Shown: positions 34,607-45,673 of the stretch, one piece after another | How positions within the stretch are numbered: position 1 is the stretch's first letter | How the letters are laid out: every line of letters starts with the position of its first letter | Assembly: GCA_041750285.1 (NCBI GenBank) | Contig: JBGSZS010000019.1 | Location: 32,001 to 96,000 of the forward strand | Direction of reading: 5' to 3' | Origin: Candidatus Fermentibacteraceae bacterium | Lineage (GTDB): Bacteria; Fermentibacterota; Fermentibacteria; Fermentibacterales; JCC-6 | Length of the DNA stretch: 64,000 nt | Position numbers and translations under genes: made by a program | The notes under the pieces: generated by a model | Database searches by the model: none | What the model was told of the DNA's origin: nothing | What the model saw: the letters and a program-made list of their open reading frames with translations, nothing else

Positions 34607-34912
34607 TTGAACGAAATACGGCTCAGAATAAGGCTTCGGGCCTATGATCACCGGCTTCTGGACAAGTCGGCCGCTTCCATAGTGCGTGGCGTGCTGAACA
34701 CCGGGGCCAAGGTTGCGGGTCCGATCCCACTGCCCACAAGGCGCACGATGTTGACGGTTCTGCGTAGCCCCCATGTTGACAAGAAATCACGGGAGCAGTT
34801 CGAGTTGAGGGTTCACTCCAGGCTCATTGAGATCCGCGATCCCAACGAGCAGACCACCGAAGCCCTGCGTCAGCTCGATGTTCCCGCCGGTGTGGATGTC
34901 GAGATAAAGTAA
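34607..34912 (+). CDS. rpsJ: 30S ribosomal protein S10
   Basis: TTG start after [27 protein letters not shown]. Confidence 0.97.
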   Translation: MNEIRLRIRLRAYDHRLLDKSAASIVRGVLNTGAKVAGPIPLPTRRTMLTVLRSPHVDKKSREQFELRVHSRLIEIRDPNEQTTEALRQLDVPAGVDVEIK

Positions 34913-35064
34913 CCTGCATTCCTCCTGACTGATCCGGCGGGGCCGGGTTAAGAGGAAATGTCGCACTGCGGAGCCTGGGCGGATGCTCCGGCGGGCGGCG
35001 GAAGAAAGAACAGAAACGCTCGTCCCCCCGCCAATAAGGGGACTTCAGCGACGGGAAGTGGTAT

Positions 35065-35700
35065 ATGAGCGGATTGATGGCTCGTAAACTGGGCATGACC
35101 CGTGTCTTCAACGAAGACGGAAGGGTCGTTCCGGTCACCGTACTCGAGGCGGCGCCCAACCATGTGGTTCAGGTGAAGACCATCGAGCATGACGGCTATG
35201 CCGCCGTGCAGGTGGGATTCGTTCCACAGAAGGAAAGCCGTCTCAACAAGCCCCGGAAGGGGCATCTTGCAAAGGCGGGGGTCCCCCCCGTGTCCAGGCT
35301 TGCGGAAGTTGGGAAGCCCGGGGGCGACGTGAAGCCCGGCGACACCATCACCGTCAGCATGTTCAGCCCCGGTGAGAAGGTCGACGTCACCGGCCTGTGC
35401 AAGGGCAAGGGTTTCCAGGGCGTTGTGAAAAGGCACGGCTTCAGCGGTGGTGATGAGACCCACGGCTGCAAGTCCCACAGGGTGCCGGGCTCGATCGGGC
35501 AGTGCGCAACCCCGGGCCGTGTCTGGAAGAACAAGAAGATGCCCGGCCAGACCGGCAACACCAGGGTGACGGTCAAGAACCTCGAAATCGTGGAAATCGA
35601 CGGTGAGAAAAACCTCGTCGTGCTCAAGGGCGCTGTTCCCGGCTCGAGGAACGGTTACCTTCTTATTCGGAAGCACCGCAGGAGCGGAGGTAACAGCTGA
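35065..35700 (+). CDS. rplC: 50S ribosomal protein L3
   Basis: KLGMT, GKGFQGVVKRH, PGSIG. Confidence 0.98.
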   Translation: MSGLMARKLGMTRVFNEDGRVVPVTVLEAAPNHVVQVKTIEHDGYAAVQVGFVPQKESRLNKPRKGHLAKAGVPPVSRLAEVGKPGGDVKPGDTITVSMFSPGEKVDVTGLCKGKGFQGVVKRHGFSGGDETHGCKSHRVPGSIGQCATPGRVWKNKKMPGQTGNTRVTVKNLEIVEIDGEKNLVVLKGAVPGSRNGYLLIRKHRRSGGNS

Positions 35701-36323
35701 TGGCACTCGCAAGGGTATATACGATGAGCGGCGAAGAGGTCGACACCGTTCAGCTCCCTGACGAGGTCTTCTCGACCGGGGTTTCCACCCACGTGTTGTG
35801 GGAGGTCGTAAGGGTCGAGCAGACCAACCGCCGCAGAGGCACCGCCAGTACGAAAACGCGCGCATTCGTTGTCGGCAGCGGCAAGAAACCGTGGCGCCAG
35901 AAGCACACCGGCCATGCCCGAAGCGGCTCAAAGAAGTCGCCGATCTGGCGTGGCGGTGGCGTGGCTTTCGGCCCCCATCCCCGTCCCTGGAGCATCAAGC
36001 TCAACCGCAAGATACGCCGCAAGGCCCTTGCCGGGATACTCAGCGAAAGACTGGACGAGGGAAACCTTCGCCTTATCCGTGATTTCTTCCTCGAGGGCAA
36101 AACCCGGCAGGTTGCGGGAATGCTCGAGGGGAACGGTTGCGCGGGACGGAAGACCCTCATCCTCACCCTCGAGGGAGACGAACTTGCCACCAGGGCGTCC
36201 CGAAACATCCCCGGTGTGTTCTCAGCCAGTGCCCGAAGCGTTCCGGTAACCACGCTGGTTAACTCCGAAGTGGTTCTGATGGACGAGCGGGCCATTGATG
36301 AGCTGAAAGCGAGGCTTTTGTAA
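35700..36323 (+). CDS. rplD: 50S ribosomal protein L4
   Basis: KKPWRQK, RGGGVAFGP. Confidence 0.97.
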   Translation: MALARVYTMSGEEVDTVQLPDEVFSTGVSTHVLWEVVRVEQTNRRRGTASTKTRAFVVGSGKKPWRQKHTGHARSGSKKSPIWRGGGVAFGPHPRPWSIKLNRKIRRKALAGILSERLDEGNLRLIRDFFLEGKTRQVAGMLEGNGCAGRKTLILTLEGDELATRASRNIPGVFSASARSVPVTTLVNSEVVLMDERAIDELKARLL

Positions 36324-36610
36324 TGGATGCCCGACAGATAATCATCGAGCCCATTGTCACCGAGAAATCCACAGTGGCGCGCGAGAGCCGCAACGCCTAC
36401 TCATTCAAGGTGAAGCCCTCAGCCACGAAGCACCAGATCGCGAAGGCTGTGGAAGAGATATTCAGTGTGACGGTCCTCGCCGTCCATACCATCAGGATGG
36501 AAGGCAAAATGAAGCGCATGGGCCGCTTCGCCGGCCGTCGCTCATCCTGGAAAAAAGCCGTTGTAACCCTGAAAAAGGGAGACACGGTTGAGTTCTTTGA
36601 GGGGGTGTAA
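36323..36610 (+). CDS. rplW: 50S ribosomal protein L23
   Basis: [15 protein letters not shown]. Confidence 0.97.
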   Translation: MDARQIIIEPIVTEKSTVARESRNAYSFKVKPSATKHQIAKAVEEIFSVTVLAVHTIRMEGKMKRMGRFAGRRSSWKKAVVTLKKGDTVEFFEGV

Positions 36611-36612
36611 CC

Positions 36613-37455
36613 ATGGGTATGAAGCGTTGGAAACCCACCACCCCCGGTACCAGGTTCAAGGTATCGCCCGACTTCTCCGAGATAACCAGAACTGAAGGCG
36701 AGAAGTCCCTTCTGGTAACCCTGCCAAGCAAGGCCGGCCGGAACAACAAGGGGCGCGTTACCGCCAGGCACCGGGGTGGCGGTCACAAGCGGATGTACAG
36801 GATCGTCGATTTTCGCAGGAACAAGCCTGGTATCCCGGGCAGGGTCGATTCGATCGAATACGATCCGAACCGCAGCGCCAGGATCGCCCTTGTGGTCTAC
36901 TGCGACGGCGAGAAGCGTTACATCATCGCCCCCGAGGGTCTCGAAGTCGGCCAGACCGTTCTCAGCGGCGCCGAGGCCCCTCCCGAGGTCGGAAACCACC
37001 TTCCCCTGAACAGGGTTCCTCTTGGCACCATGGTTCACAACGTCGAGATGAAGCCCGGCAAGGGCGGACAGATCGCCCGAAGCGCCGGTGCCTCGGTTCA
37101 GCTCATGGCGCGCGAGGGCGGCTATGCGACATTGCGCATGCCCTCCAGGGAGATGAGAAGGGTGCCCGCCGAATGCATGGCCACCATCGGCCAGGTCGGC
37201 AACTCCGAGCACAACCTCGTTGTCCCGGGCAAGGCCGGAGCCAGCCGCTGGGCAGGCAGAAGGCCCCATGTAAGGGGTGTTGCCATGAACCCGGTCGACC
37301 ACCCCATGGGCGGCGGGGAAGGAAAGACAAGCGGTGGCCGTCATCCGTGCTCACCTTGGGGACAGCTCGCCAAGGGCCTCCGCACCCGGAAGCCCAAGAA
37401 GGAATCGAGCAAACTCATCCTAAGGCGCAGACCCACCGGAAAGAGGAGGAAGTAG
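36613..37455 (+). CDS. rplB: 50S ribosomal protein L2
   Basis: [20 protein letters not shown]. Confidence 0.99.
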   Translation: MGMKRWKPTTPGTRFKVSPDFSEITRTEGEKSLLVTLPSKAGRNNKGRVTARHRGGGHKRMYRIVDFRRNKPGIPGRVDSIEYDPNRSARIALVVYCDGEKRYIIAPEGLEVGQTVLSGAEAPPEVGNHLPLNRVPLGTMVHNVEMKPGKGGQIARSAGASVQLMAREGGYATLRMPSREMRRVPAECMATIGQVGNSEHNLVVPGKAGASRWAGRRPHVRGVAMNPVDHPMGGGEGKTSGGRHPCSPWGQLAKGLRTRKPKKESSKLILRRRPTGKRRK

Positions 37456-37457
37456 CG

Positions 37458-37724
37458 ATGGCGCGTTCCCTGAAAAAAGGCCCGTACATCGATGCCGGGC
37501 TTCTCCGGAAGGTGGAGCTCATGGGCCAGGCCGGCGAAAGCAAGGTAATCAAGACGTGGGCCAGACGGTCCACGATCCCGCCGGATTTCGTAGGCCAGAC
37601 ATTCGCCGTGCACAACGGCCGTAAATTCGTGCCGGTATTCGTTGTGGAGAACATGGTCGGGCACAAGCTCGGCGAGTTCGCCCCCACCCGAACCTTCCGC
37701 GGTCACCGCGAGAAGAAGAAGTAG
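37458..37724 (+). CDS. rpsS: 30S ribosomal protein S19
   Basis: [20 protein letters not shown]. Confidence 0.98.
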   Translation: MARSLKKGPYIDAGLLRKVELMGQAGESKVIKTWARRSTIPPDFVGQTFAVHNGRKFVPVFVVENMVGHKLGEFAPTRTFRGHREKKK

Positions 37725-37734
37725 GGGTGGGAGA

Positions 37735-38100
37735 ATGGAAGCCGTAGCAAAGGCCAGGTTCGTAAGGGTTCCACCCCGGAAGGCAAGGCAGGTCGCCGAC
37801 CTCATCCGGGGCAAGTCCGTTGGCCAGGCGCTGTCCATACTCATGACAGTGCCAAAGGTCGCCTCGAAGATAATCGCCAAGACGCTCGATTCCGCCGTGG
37901 CGAACGCCGTCTTCCTCTCCGACGGGGCCAAACTCGAGGCCGAAAAAATGAAGGTCTCCGTTATCACAGTCGACGAGGGCCCCATGGTTGCCCGCTGGCG
38001 CCCCAGGGCCAGGGGCAGGGCCACCCGCATCGTTCACCGGACCAGTCACATCACCGTCAGGGTCAGCCAGGGTGAAACAGCCGGACCGGAGAAGAGGTAA
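37735..38100 (+). CDS. rplV: 50S ribosomal protein L22
   Basis: SAVANA, PRARGRA, TSHITV. Confidence 0.97.
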   Translation: MEAVAKARFVRVPPRKARQVADLIRGKSVGQALSILMTVPKVASKIIAKTLDSAVANAVFLSDGAKLEAEKMKVSVITVDEGPMVARWRPRARGRATRIVHRTSHITVRVSQGETAGPEKR

Positions 38101-38102
38101 AC

Positions 38103-38756
38103 ATGGGACAGAAGACAAATCCTATCGGCCTCAGGCTGGGAATCACCAGAAGCTGGGACTCGGTCTGGTTCGCCAAGGGCAGGAATTTCGCGAAGCTTGT
38201 TGAAGAGGACGCAAGGATAAGGAAGTACATCCTTCTGAACCCCCTCCTCGACAAGGCCCAGATCAGCAAGGTCCAGATCCTCAGGAAGCCCCAGGAAGTG
38301 CATATAGCCATAAGCACGGCAAGACCCGGCATGGTCATCGGCACCAGGGGCAAGACCATCGACAGGCTCACCAGCGAACTCACCGCACTCACCGACAAGA
38401 CAGTGAAGGTGAAGGTCGACCAGATCGACAACCCTGAAGTCAGCGCGGTGCTGGTCGCCGAGAACGTCGCCAGGCAGCTGGAGAACAGGGTTTCGGTCAG
38501 AAGGGCCATAAAGAGAACAATATCCGACACGATGCGGGCCGGCGCTCTGGGAATCAAGGTTTCCTGCTCCGGAAGGCTTGGCGGAGCCGAGATGTCCAGG
38601 ATCAACACGTACCATGAGGGCCGGGTTCCACTGCACACCCTCAGGGCGGACATCGATTTCGCCAGGGCCGTCTCCCGCACCACTTACGGCGTGATCGGCG
38701 TTAAGGTCTGGATCTATGTGGGCGATGTTCACGAAGCCCCCGTGGCCGGATCCTGA
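38103..38756 (+). CDS. rpsC: 30S ribosomal protein S3
   Basis: MGQKTNP, GRLGGAEM, VPLHTLRADID. Confidence 0.98.
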   Translation: MGQKTNPIGLRLGITRSWDSVWFAKGRNFAKLVEEDARIRKYILLNPLLDKAQISKVQILRKPQEVHIAISTARPGMVIGTRGKTIDRLTSELTALTDKTVKVKVDQIDNPEVSAVLVAENVARQLENRVSVRRAIKRTISDTMRAGALGIKVSCSGRLGGAEMSRINTYHEGRVPLHTLRADIDFARAVSRTTYGVIGVKVWIYVGDVHEAPVAGS

Positions 38757-38773
38757 GAGAGTGGTGATGCAGC

Positions 38774-39196
38774 ATGTTGATGCCGAAAAGAACTAAGTAC
38801 CGGAAGCAGCACAGGGGCAGAATGCGGGGAATGGCCAAAGGCGGCGCCGAGGTTTCCTTCGGTGAATTCGGCCTTCAGGCCCTGGCCCCCGGCTGGATCA
38901 CGAGCGCCCAGATCGAGGCGGCCCGAATCGCCATGACAAGGCACATCAAGAGGGGCGGCAAGGTCTGGATCAGGGTCTTCCCCGACAAGCCCATTACGGC
39001 CACACCCCTTGAAACAAGGATGGGCAAGGGCAAAGGCCCGGTCGAGGGCTGGGTTGCCGTGATCAGACCCGGCCGGGTGATGTTTGAAATAGAGGGAGTG
39101 GCACCGGAAACCGCCAGGGAGGCCATGCGCCTCGCCGGGCACAAGCTTCCGGTGGCAACCCGCTTCGTGATCAGGGATAAGGAGGCTCACCAGTGA
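38774..39196 (+). CDS. rplP: 50S ribosomal protein L16
   Basis: [18 protein letters not shown]. Confidence 0.98.
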   Translation: MLMPKRTKYRKQHRGRMRGMAKGGAEVSFGEFGLQALAPGWITSAQIEAARIAMTRHIKRGGKVWIRVFPDKPITATPLETRMGKGKGPVEGWVAVIRPGRVMFEIEGVAPETAREAMRLAGHKLPVATRFVIRDKEAHQ

Positions 39197-39411
39197 AACC
39201 TCATGAATTCCGGGCCATGAGCAGGGATGAGCTTGAGGAACAGGTGAGGGAGCTCCAGAGGGAGATTTTCAACCTCAGGTTCCGCAAGGCGGCCCAGCAG
39301 CTCGACAACCCGGTTAAGGTTCGCATGGTCCGGAAAGATCTGGCCCGGGCCTTGTCCATTCTTCATGAGATAGACATGGGCATTGACACCAAAGCCGGGG
39401 AAGGGAACTGA
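39193..39411 (+). CDS. rpmC: 50S ribosomal protein L29
   Basis: FNLRF, RKDLAR; GTG start. Confidence 0.93.
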   Translation: MKPHEFRAMSRDELEEQVRELQREIFNLRFRKAAQQLDNPVKVRMVRKDLARALSILHEIDMGIDTKAGEGN

Positions 39412-39413
39412 CC

Positions 39414-39677
39414 ATGGCCGAAACAAGAGTAGGGAACAGAAGAGTGCTTCGCGGAACCGTGGTCTCCAACGCCATGGACAAGACAGCGGTGGTGGAAGTC
39501 ACCTCGGTCAAGGCGCACCCGGCCTACAAGAAGCGCGTTCGAAGCAGCAGCAGGTATTACGCCCACGACGAGAACAACCAGTGCGCCGTTGGGGATGTGG
39601 TTACCATCGCGGAAACCCGCCCCCTCTCCAGACTGAAGAGATGGCGCCTGATTGAGATCGTCGAGAAGGCCAAGTAG
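39414..39677 (+). CDS. rpsQ: 30S ribosomal protein S17
   Basis: MDKT, AHDE, ETRPLS. Confidence 0.97.
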   Translation: MAETRVGNRRVLRGTVVSNAMDKTAVVEVTSVKAHPAYKKRVRSSSRYYAHDENNQCAVGDVVTIAETRPLSRLKRWRLIEIVEKAK

Positions 39678-39688
39678 GGAGGCCGGAA

Positions 39689-40054
39689 ATGATTCAGGTG
39701 TTATCCAGGCTCAAGGTAGCCGACAACTCCGGCGCCCGGGAGGTCATGTGCATCAAGGTACTGGGTGGTACCGGGCGCCGGTACGCCGGCATAGGTGACC
39801 TCATCGTGGTCACCGTGAAGGAATCGTCCCCCGGCGGGACAGTGAAGAAGAGCGATGTAAGAAGGGCGGTTGTGGTTCGCACCCGCAAGGAACTCAACCG
39901 TGCCGACGGCTCAAGCGTAAGGTTCGACGACAATGCCGCAGTGATCCTTGACGACGCAGGGCAGCCCGTGGCGACAAGGATCTTCGGTCCGGTGGGTCGT
40001 GAGCTTCGCCAGCGTTTCATGAAGATCGTCTCGCTGGCTCCGGAGGTGATTTAG
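39689..40054 (+). CDS. rplN: 50S ribosomal protein L14
   Basis: [19 protein letters not shown]. Confidence 0.98.
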   Translation: MIQVLSRLKVADNSGAREVMCIKVLGGTGRRYAGIGDLIVVTVKESSPGGTVKKSDVRRAVVVRTRKELNRADGSSVRFDDNAAVILDDAGQPVATRIFGPVGRELRQRFMKIVSLAPEVI

Positions 40055-40055
40055 G

Positions 40056-40373
40056 ATGCATGTGCGCAAGGGCGACAAGGTTCTTGTCATCACCGGGAAC
40101 GACAAAGGCAAGACCGGCAAGGTTCTGAAGGTATTCCGGGACAAGAACAAGGCGGTCGTGGAAGGCGTAAGGATAATCAAGCGCCACACCCGTCCGTCCC
40201 AGAAGAACCAGCAGGGCGGGATTGTGGAGAAGGAAGCCCCGATCGATGCTTCCAACCTTCAGGTGGTCTGCCCTGACTGCGGCAAGGCTTCGGGCATGAG
40301 CCGTGTCAGGGACGAAGACGGCAATCTCTCTCGCAAGTGCAAGGCTTGCGGCGAGATCATCACTGCGGGATAG
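40056..40373 (+). CDS. rplX: 50S ribosomal protein L24
   Basis: KGDKV.VITG.DKGK, EAPI..SN. Confidence 0.97.
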   Translation: MHVRKGDKVLVITGNDKGKTGKVLKVFRDKNKAVVEGVRIIKRHTRPSQKNQQGGIVEKEAPIDASNLQVVCPDCGKASGMSRVRDEDGNLSRKCKACGEIITAG

Positions 40374-40381
40374 GAGACTGA

Positions 40382-40957
40382 ATGAGCGAGAACACCATGC
40401 CCAGGCTCAAGCAGATCTACCGGCAGGAGGTCCGCGGCAAGATGCTTGAGAAATTCAACTACGCCAACGCCATGCAGACCCCGCGCCTGACCAAGATCGT
40501 GGTCAACATGGGGCTTGGCAAGGAAGCGATGGACAACGCCAACAACGTTACCAGCGCCCAGTCCCAGATGGAGGCCATCACTGGCCAGAAGAGCGTTGTT
40601 GCGAAGGCCAAGAAGTCCGTTGCGGGTTTCAGGCTTCGCGAAGGAATGCCCATCGGGGTATTCACCACCCTCAGGGGTGACAGGATGTGGGAATATCTTG
40701 ACCGGCTCATCAATTTCGCACTCCCCCAGGTGCGCGATTTCCGCGGACTCCCCTCAAAGGGGTTCGACGGAAGGGGCAACTACAATTTCGGAGTCGAGGA
40801 ACAGGCGATCTTCCCCGAAATCGACGTTGACAAGATAGACAAGTTCAGGGGGATGAACATCACCATCGTCACCACAGCCAGGAACGATGAGGAAGGCCTC
40901 GAGCTTCTCAGCCTCCTGGGGATGCCATTCCGTCGCAGTGGCAGAAGGGGGGCGTGA
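40382..40957 (+). CDS. rplE: 50S ribosomal protein L5
   Basis: [19 protein letters not shown]. Confidence 0.98.
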   Translation: MSENTMPRLKQIYRQEVRGKMLEKFNYANAMQTPRLTKIVVNMGLGKEAMDNANNVTSAQSQMEAITGQKSVVAKAKKSVAGFRLREGMPIGVFTTLRGDRMWEYLDRLINFALPQVRDFRGLPSKGFDGRGNYNFGVEEQAIFPEIDVDKIDKFRGMNITIVTTARNDEEGLELLSLLGMPFRRSGRRGA

Positions 40958-40958
40958 A

Positions 40959-41144
40959 ATGGCGAAGAAGAGCCTGATCGCCAAACAGAAAAGACCCGCG
41001 AAGTTCCAGGTCAGGAACTACAACAGGTGCACTCTCTGCGGAAGGCCCAGGGGTTTTCTGCGAATGTTCGGAATATGTCGGATCTGCTTCAGGGATATGG
41101 CCAACAGGGGTCTTATTCCTGGAATCCGCAAGGCTAGCTGGTAG
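40959..41144 (+). CDS. rpsZ: 30S ribosomal protein S14, Zn-binding type Z
   Basis: RCTLCGR, CRICFR, KASW. Confidence 0.97.
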   Translation: MAKKSLIAKQKRPAKFQVRNYNRCTLCGRPRGFLRMFGICRICFRDMANRGLIPGIRKASW

Positions 41145-41157
41145 GAAGGGGAAAAAC

Positions 41158-41553
41158 ATGTCAATGACCGACCCGATAGCCGACATGCTGACCCGGATCA
41201 GGAACGCTTCCTCGGCGGGCCACAAGATGGTTGATATTCCTGCGTCGAAGATGAAGGCCAGCATCGCCAGGGTCCTCTACAACCACGGCTTCATTCTCGG
41301 CTTCCGCAGAATCGAAGACGGGAAACAGGGCGTTCTGAGGGTATACCTGGCATACAGGAACGGAACACCCCTGATCGTGGGAATAAAAAGAATCTCCAAG
41401 CCCGGGTGCAGAGTGTACGCCGGTGTTGACACCCTTCCCAGAGTAATGGGAGGCAGAGGGCTGGCGGTACTCACCACGCCCCGGGGGATCATCACCGATT
41501 TCGAGGCCAGGAAACACAACGTGGGCGGCGAAGTGCTGCTCCACGTCTGGTAA
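41158..41553 (+). CDS. rpsH: 30S ribosomal protein S8
   Basis: DPIADMLTRIRNA, SKPG.RVY, GGEVL. Confidence 0.98.
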   Translation: MSMTDPIADMLTRIRNASSAGHKMVDIPASKMKASIARVLYNHGFILGFRRIEDGKQGVLRVYLAYRNGTPLIVGIKRISKPGCRVYAGVDTLPRVMGGRGLAVLTTPRGIITDFEARKHNVGGEVLLHVW

Positions 41554-41566
41554 GCGGGGGTAGGGA

Positions 41567-42112
41567 ATGTCAAGAATCGGAAAGCTTCCCATCCCGCTCC
41601 ACGGCGCAAAGGTGACCATCTCCGGCAACACCGTTACCGCGGCCGGCGTCCGTGGGGAGGACACCTTCGTCCTTCCTGACGGGATAACGATCGAGGTCAC
41701 GGGCGAGATGGTAAACGTGAACCGCAGGGATGACAGCCCGGATCAGCGCCGGCTTCACGGCGTGACCCGCGCCCAGCTCAACAACCGCATCCTCGGAGTG
41801 ACGAGAGGTCACACGCTCGAGCTGGTCGTTCAGGGCAAGGGCTACCAGGCCGAGCTTGTGGGCAGGTCGATCGAAATGCAGATCGGTTTTTCCCACAAAG
41901 TGGTCGCAACGATCCCCGAGGGGCTGAAGGTCGAGCTCAAGCTTGGCCAGAACACGTTCAGCCTTGTTATCTCTGGAAACGACAAGCAGCTCGTTGGAAA
42001 CTTCGCTTCGACCCTCTACAAGATCAGGCCGGTTGAACCCTACAACCTCATCGGGTTCCGGTACAGCGACCAGCAGATCAAGCGCAAAGCCGCCAAGTCT
42101 GCGACAAGTTAG
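41567..42112 (+). CDS. rplF: 50S ribosomal protein L6 (divergent)
   Basis: MSRIGK.P, GFSH, DKQLVG; position. Confidence 0.95.
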   Translation: MSRIGKLPIPLHGAKVTISGNTVTAAGVRGEDTFVLPDGITIEVTGEMVNVNRRDDSPDQRRLHGVTRAQLNNRILGVTRGHTLELVVQGKGYQAELVGRSIEMQIGFSHKVVATIPEGLKVELKLGQNTFSLVISGNDKQLVGNFASTLYKIRPVEPYNLIGFRYSDQQIKRKAAKSATS

Positions 42113-42128
42113 AAGAACGGAGGCAATC

Positions 42129-42491
42129 ATGTCCAAACCTGACAGAATTCAGCGCCTCCTTCGCCGGCACAGGAGCATCAGGAAGAAGATCTCAGGAACA
42201 GCGGAGCGACCCAGGCTTTTCGTCCGGCGAACCAACCGGCACATGCTTGCGAGTCTCATCGATGACCAGGCCGGCAGGACGCTTCTCTCAATCACCACCG
42301 ACTCCAGGGAGATTGCGGAAGCAGCATCCGGGAGCAAAAGCGACAGGGCTGCGTTCCTTGGAGCAAAACTGGCGGAAAAGGCCAGGGCGATAGGCGTTGA
42401 AAAAGTGGTATTCGACCGGGGCGGTCATCCCTTCCACGGTAGGGTGAAGGCTCTGGCTGAAAAAGCCCGCGAAGGCGGACTGGTTTTCTAG
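42129..42491 (+). CDS. rplR: 50S ribosomal protein L18
   Basis: [18 protein letters not shown]. Confidence 0.97.
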   Translation: MSKPDRIQRLLRRHRSIRKKISGTAERPRLFVRRTNRHMLASLIDDQAGRTLLSITTDSREIAEAASGSKSDRAAFLGAKLAEKARAIGVEKVVFDRGGHPFHGRVKALAEKAREGGLVF

Positions 42492-42501
42492 GGGGCTTTC
42501 A

Positions 42502-43131
42502 ATGGCTGAAGAAAAACAGGGCGGCAGGTCTTCCCGGGGCGCAGGCGCCGCCGGTGGCGGGCCGGGCGCCAGAGGAAACAGGAATCCAAGGGATCGCAAG
42601 GAAGCCAAGGGCAGACAGCGCAAGCCCGAAGTGGTCGAAGACGACGGCCTTGTGGACAGGCTCATTGCGGTCAACCGCTGCGCCAAGGTCACCAAGGGCG
42701 GAAGAACTTTCGGCTTCAACGCAATAGTCGCCGTGGGAGACCAGAACGGCAAGGTCGGTGTTGGTCTCGGAAAGGCAACCGAGCTTCCCGAATCCATCAG
42801 GAAGGCAACCGAAGCCGCCAAGAAGAGCATGATCGAGATCCCAATGATGGACAACCGTACCCTGCCCCACGACATCGTTGGCAGGTACGGCGCGGGGCAG
42901 GTTCTGCTTCGTCCCGCCAGCCCCGGAACGGGTGTCATCGCCGGAAGCGCCGTCCGTGCCATAATGGAGTGTGCCGGCGTCAAGGACGTTCTCACCAAGG
43001 CCCAGGGCACGAGCAACCCTCACAATGTGGTCAAGGCCACCATGAGCGGCCTGAACGACCTCATAACGATCACCAGGGTGAGTTCCATCCGGTCCAAGAT
43101 CATCGCCGGAAGGACGGAGAGCAATGGCTGA
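42502..43131 (+). CDS. rpsE: 30S ribosomal protein S5
   Basis: KVTKGGR, VGDQNG, GTGVIAG; Gly/Arg-rich N-terminal extension. Confidence 0.97.
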   Translation: MAEEKQGGRSSRGAGAAGGGPGARGNRNPRDRKEAKGRQRKPEVVEDDGLVDRLIAVNRCAKVTKGGRTFGFNAIVAVGDQNGKVGVGLGKATELPESIRKATEAAKKSMIEIPMMDNRTLPHDIVGRYGAGQVLLRPASPGTGVIAGSAVRAIMECAGVKDVLTKAQGTSNPHNVVKATMSGLNDLITITRVSSIRSKIIAGRTESNG

Positions 43132-43315
43132 GGCAAAGCTCAGGATCACCAAGGTGAAGAGCTGCATCGGAAGGCAGGAAGTGCAGAAGCGCACACTTGC
43201 CGCCCTTGGGCTCAGAAGGATCAACCAGGTGGTTGAACAGCCCGATAACCCCCAGACCAGGGGCATGATCTTCAGGGTTCGCCACCTTGTCAAAGTGGAA
43301 GAGGTGAAGGCATGA
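43124..43315 (+). CDS. rpmD: 50S ribosomal protein L30
   Basis: ALGLRRI, RGMI..V.HLV. Confidence 0.96.
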   Translation: MAEAKLRITKVKSCIGRQEVQKRTLAALGLRRINQVVEQPDNPQTRGMIFRVRHLVKVEEVKA

Positions 43316-43755
43316 GAAGGCTGCAACACCTCCGTCCCGCCGATGGCGCCACGAAAGAGCGTCTTCGGAGGGGATGCGGCCGGGGAACAGGCAATGGCGG
43401 AACTGCCGGCAAGGGCCACAAGGGCCAGAAGGCAAGGGGAAAGGTCCACCCCTGGTTCGAGGGCGGACAGCTCCCCATCCACCGCAGGATGACACACAAG
43501 GGGTTCAGCAATTTCAGGTTCGCCATCGACTACCAGGTCGTGAACGTCGGGATGCTGAACAGGTTCGAGAACTCCACGGTGATCACCCCGGACATCCTCA
43601 AGTGCGCGGGTCTCATCTCTTCCCGGAACAAGCCGGTGAAGATCCTCGGCGACGGCGCGCTTGAGAAAGAGCTCACGGTCTGCGCCCATGCGTTCACGCA
43701 GAGCGCACTCGAGACAATAAAGTCCGCCGGGGGGACCGCAGAGGTGATCGGCTGA
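43312..43755 (+). CDS. rplO: 50S ribosomal protein L15
   Basis: [19 protein letters not shown]. Confidence 0.97.
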   Translation: MRRLQHLRPADGATKERLRRGCGRGTGNGGTAGKGHKGQKARGKVHPWFEGGQLPIHRRMTHKGFSNFRFAIDYQVVNVGMLNRFENSTVITPDILKCAGLISSRNKPVKILGDGALEKELTVCAHAFTQSALETIKSAGGTAEVIG

Positions 43756-45059
43756 TGCGCGGTTTCGAAAGCATCATGAAGATTCAGGAGCTGAGGAAGA
43801 AGATCATATACACCTTCCTGCTCCTGGCGGTATACCGTATAGGCGGGCACATCCCTGTTCCCGGGATTGATGGCGCCGCCCTTCAGCAGGCCTTCAACTC
43901 CGCCGGCGGAATGATGGGCATGTACGACCTGTTCGTGGGCGGGGCCCTCAGCAGGGCCAGCATCTTCGCACTGGGGATCATGCCATACATCTCGGCCTCG
44001 ATCATCATCCAGCTTCTCACTTCCGTGGTGCCCTACTTCGAGAAGCTGAAGAAGGAGGGCGAGGCCGGCAGACAGAAAATGACCGAGATCACCCGATACG
44101 GCACGGTGCTGCTTGGGTTGATCCAGGGTCTGGGCATCTCCCAGTTCATCGTCGGGATGAATCAGCAGGTTCCGGGGGTCGTACCGAACCCCGGTTTGGG
44201 TTTCACCCTGCAGACGGTCCTCACGCTCATCACAGGCACCATCTTCGTGATGTGGCTCGGTGAGCGGATAAGCGAGCGCGGCGTTGGCAACGGCATAAGC
44301 CTCATCATCTTTGCGGGCATCGTCGGCGACCTTCCGCAGGGCGTGATCTCGATGTACCGGGATGTCTTCGTGCTTCAGCAGACAAGTTTCATAAGCATGG
44401 TGTTCCTGCTGATCTTCATGTTCGCCACTGTGGCTTTCGTGGTTCTGATGACCGAAGCCCAGCGGAAGATCCCCGTCACCTACGCGAAGCAGGTCAGGGG
44501 AAGGAAGGTCTACGGAGGCCAGAGCACGTTCATTCCGATCCGTCTCAACACCGCGGGAGTGATCCCCGTCATCTTCGCACAGTCCTTCATGATGTTCCCG
44601 TCGTCCATTGCTATGTTCTTCCCCAACTCCGGGATAGATGAATGGGTGAGCAGCTGGCTTTCCCCCGGCGGCGCCCTTTACAACGTCATCTATGCCGTGC
44701 TCATCATCGTGTTCGCCTATGTGTACACCGCCATAACCTTCAACCCCCAGGACCTCTCCGACAACATGAAGAAGTACGGTGGTTTCATACCTGGCAGAAA
44801 ACCAGGAAAGTCGACGGCGAAGTACATCGAGCGGGTACTTGTAAGAGTGACGCTTCCGGGAGCCATCTTCCTCGCACTCATCGCGGTGCTTCCCATGATC
44901 CTCATCAGGCAGATGGGCGTGAACTTCATGTTCGGCGGCACCAGCCTTCTGATCGTGGTCGGGGTTGCCCTCGAAACCCTCAGGCAGATCGAGACCCATC
45001 TTCTCATGAGGCATTACGATGGTTTCCTCAGCAAGGGAAGGATTCGCGGCCGCCGATGA
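43755..45059 (+). CDS. secY: Preprotein translocase SecY
   Basis: SIFALGIMPYISASI, GVGNGISL, GGTSLLI. Confidence 0.99.
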   Translation: MRGFESIMKIQELRKKIIYTFLLLAVYRIGGHIPVPGIDGAALQQAFNSAGGMMGMYDLFVGGALSRASIFALGIMPYISASIIIQLLTSVVPYFEKLKKEGEAGRQKMTEITRYGTVLLGLIQGLGISQFIVGMNQQVPGVVPNPGLGFTLQTVLTLITGTIFVMWLGERISERGVGNGISLIIFAGIVGDLPQGVISMYRDVFVLQQTSFISMVFLLIFMFATVAFVVLMTEAQRKIPVTYAKQVRGRKVYGGQSTFIPIRLNTAGVIPVIFAQSFMMFPSSIAMFFPNSGIDEWVSSWLSPGGALYNVIYAVLIIVFAYVYTAITFNPQDLSDNMKKYGGFIPGRKPGKSTAKYIERVLVRVTLPGAIFLALIAVLPMILIRQMGVNFMFGGTSLLIVVGVALETLRQIETHLLMRHYDGFLSKGRIRGRR

Positions 45060-45673
45060 TAGTCACCTTCTTCGGTTCACCCGGCTCTGGAAAGGGCACC
45101 CAGGCTGAGCTTGCCGCACAGGCTCTGGGGCTCACCCATGTGTCCACAGGCAAGTATTTCCGCAGGGAGATCCAGCGGAACACTGCCCTTGGAAGCGAGA
45201 TCCGGGATGTTATCGAAGCGGGTAGACTGGTGACCGACGAGATAGTGAACGAGCTTGTTTTCAAACTGATCGATGAGCTGCCTGGGGTGCTCCTCGACGG
45301 CTTCCCCCGGAATGTTTCCCAGGCCGGCAGCCTCGACGGCTTCCTGTCCCAGGAAGACAGAAAGCTCGATGTCGCTTTGTTTCTGGATGTTCCCGAGGCC
45401 GAGGCCGTGGGCAGGCTTGCCGGAAGGCGGCACTGCACTTCGTGCGGCGCTCAAGCGTCCTTCTCCGACGAAGCCTGCAGCTCCTGCGGAGCAGATCTGA
45501 TGCGGCGCACCGATGACGATCCCGAGGTCATCCACAGACGCTTCGAGGAGTACCGTCATCAGACTGCCCCACTCGAGGCGTTCTATGCCGGACGGCTCGT
45601 GAAGGTCGACGGCATCGGAACCGTCGAGCAGGTCCATTCCCGCATCCTGAAGGCGATCGAACCATGGCTGTGA
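45056..45673 (+). CDS. adk: Adenylate kinase (Zn lid)
   Basis: GSPGSGKGT, LDGFPR, CTSC..CSSC lid. Confidence 0.95.
   Translation: MIVTFFGSPGSGKGTQAELAAQALGLTHVSTGKYFRREIQRNTALGSEIRDVIEAGRLVTDEIVNELVFKLIDELPGVLLDGFPRNVSQAGSLDGFLSQEDRKLDVALFLDVPEAEAVGRLAGRRHCTSCGAQASFSDEACSSCGADLMRRTDDDPEVIHRRFEEYRHQTAPLEAFYAGRLVKVDGIGTVEQVHSRILKAIEPWL

Noticed and set aside
35885..35930. L4 loop QKHTG as a macrolide-resistance variant
   Set aside because: KHTG occurs naturally in other bacteria such as Thermus; not diagnostic
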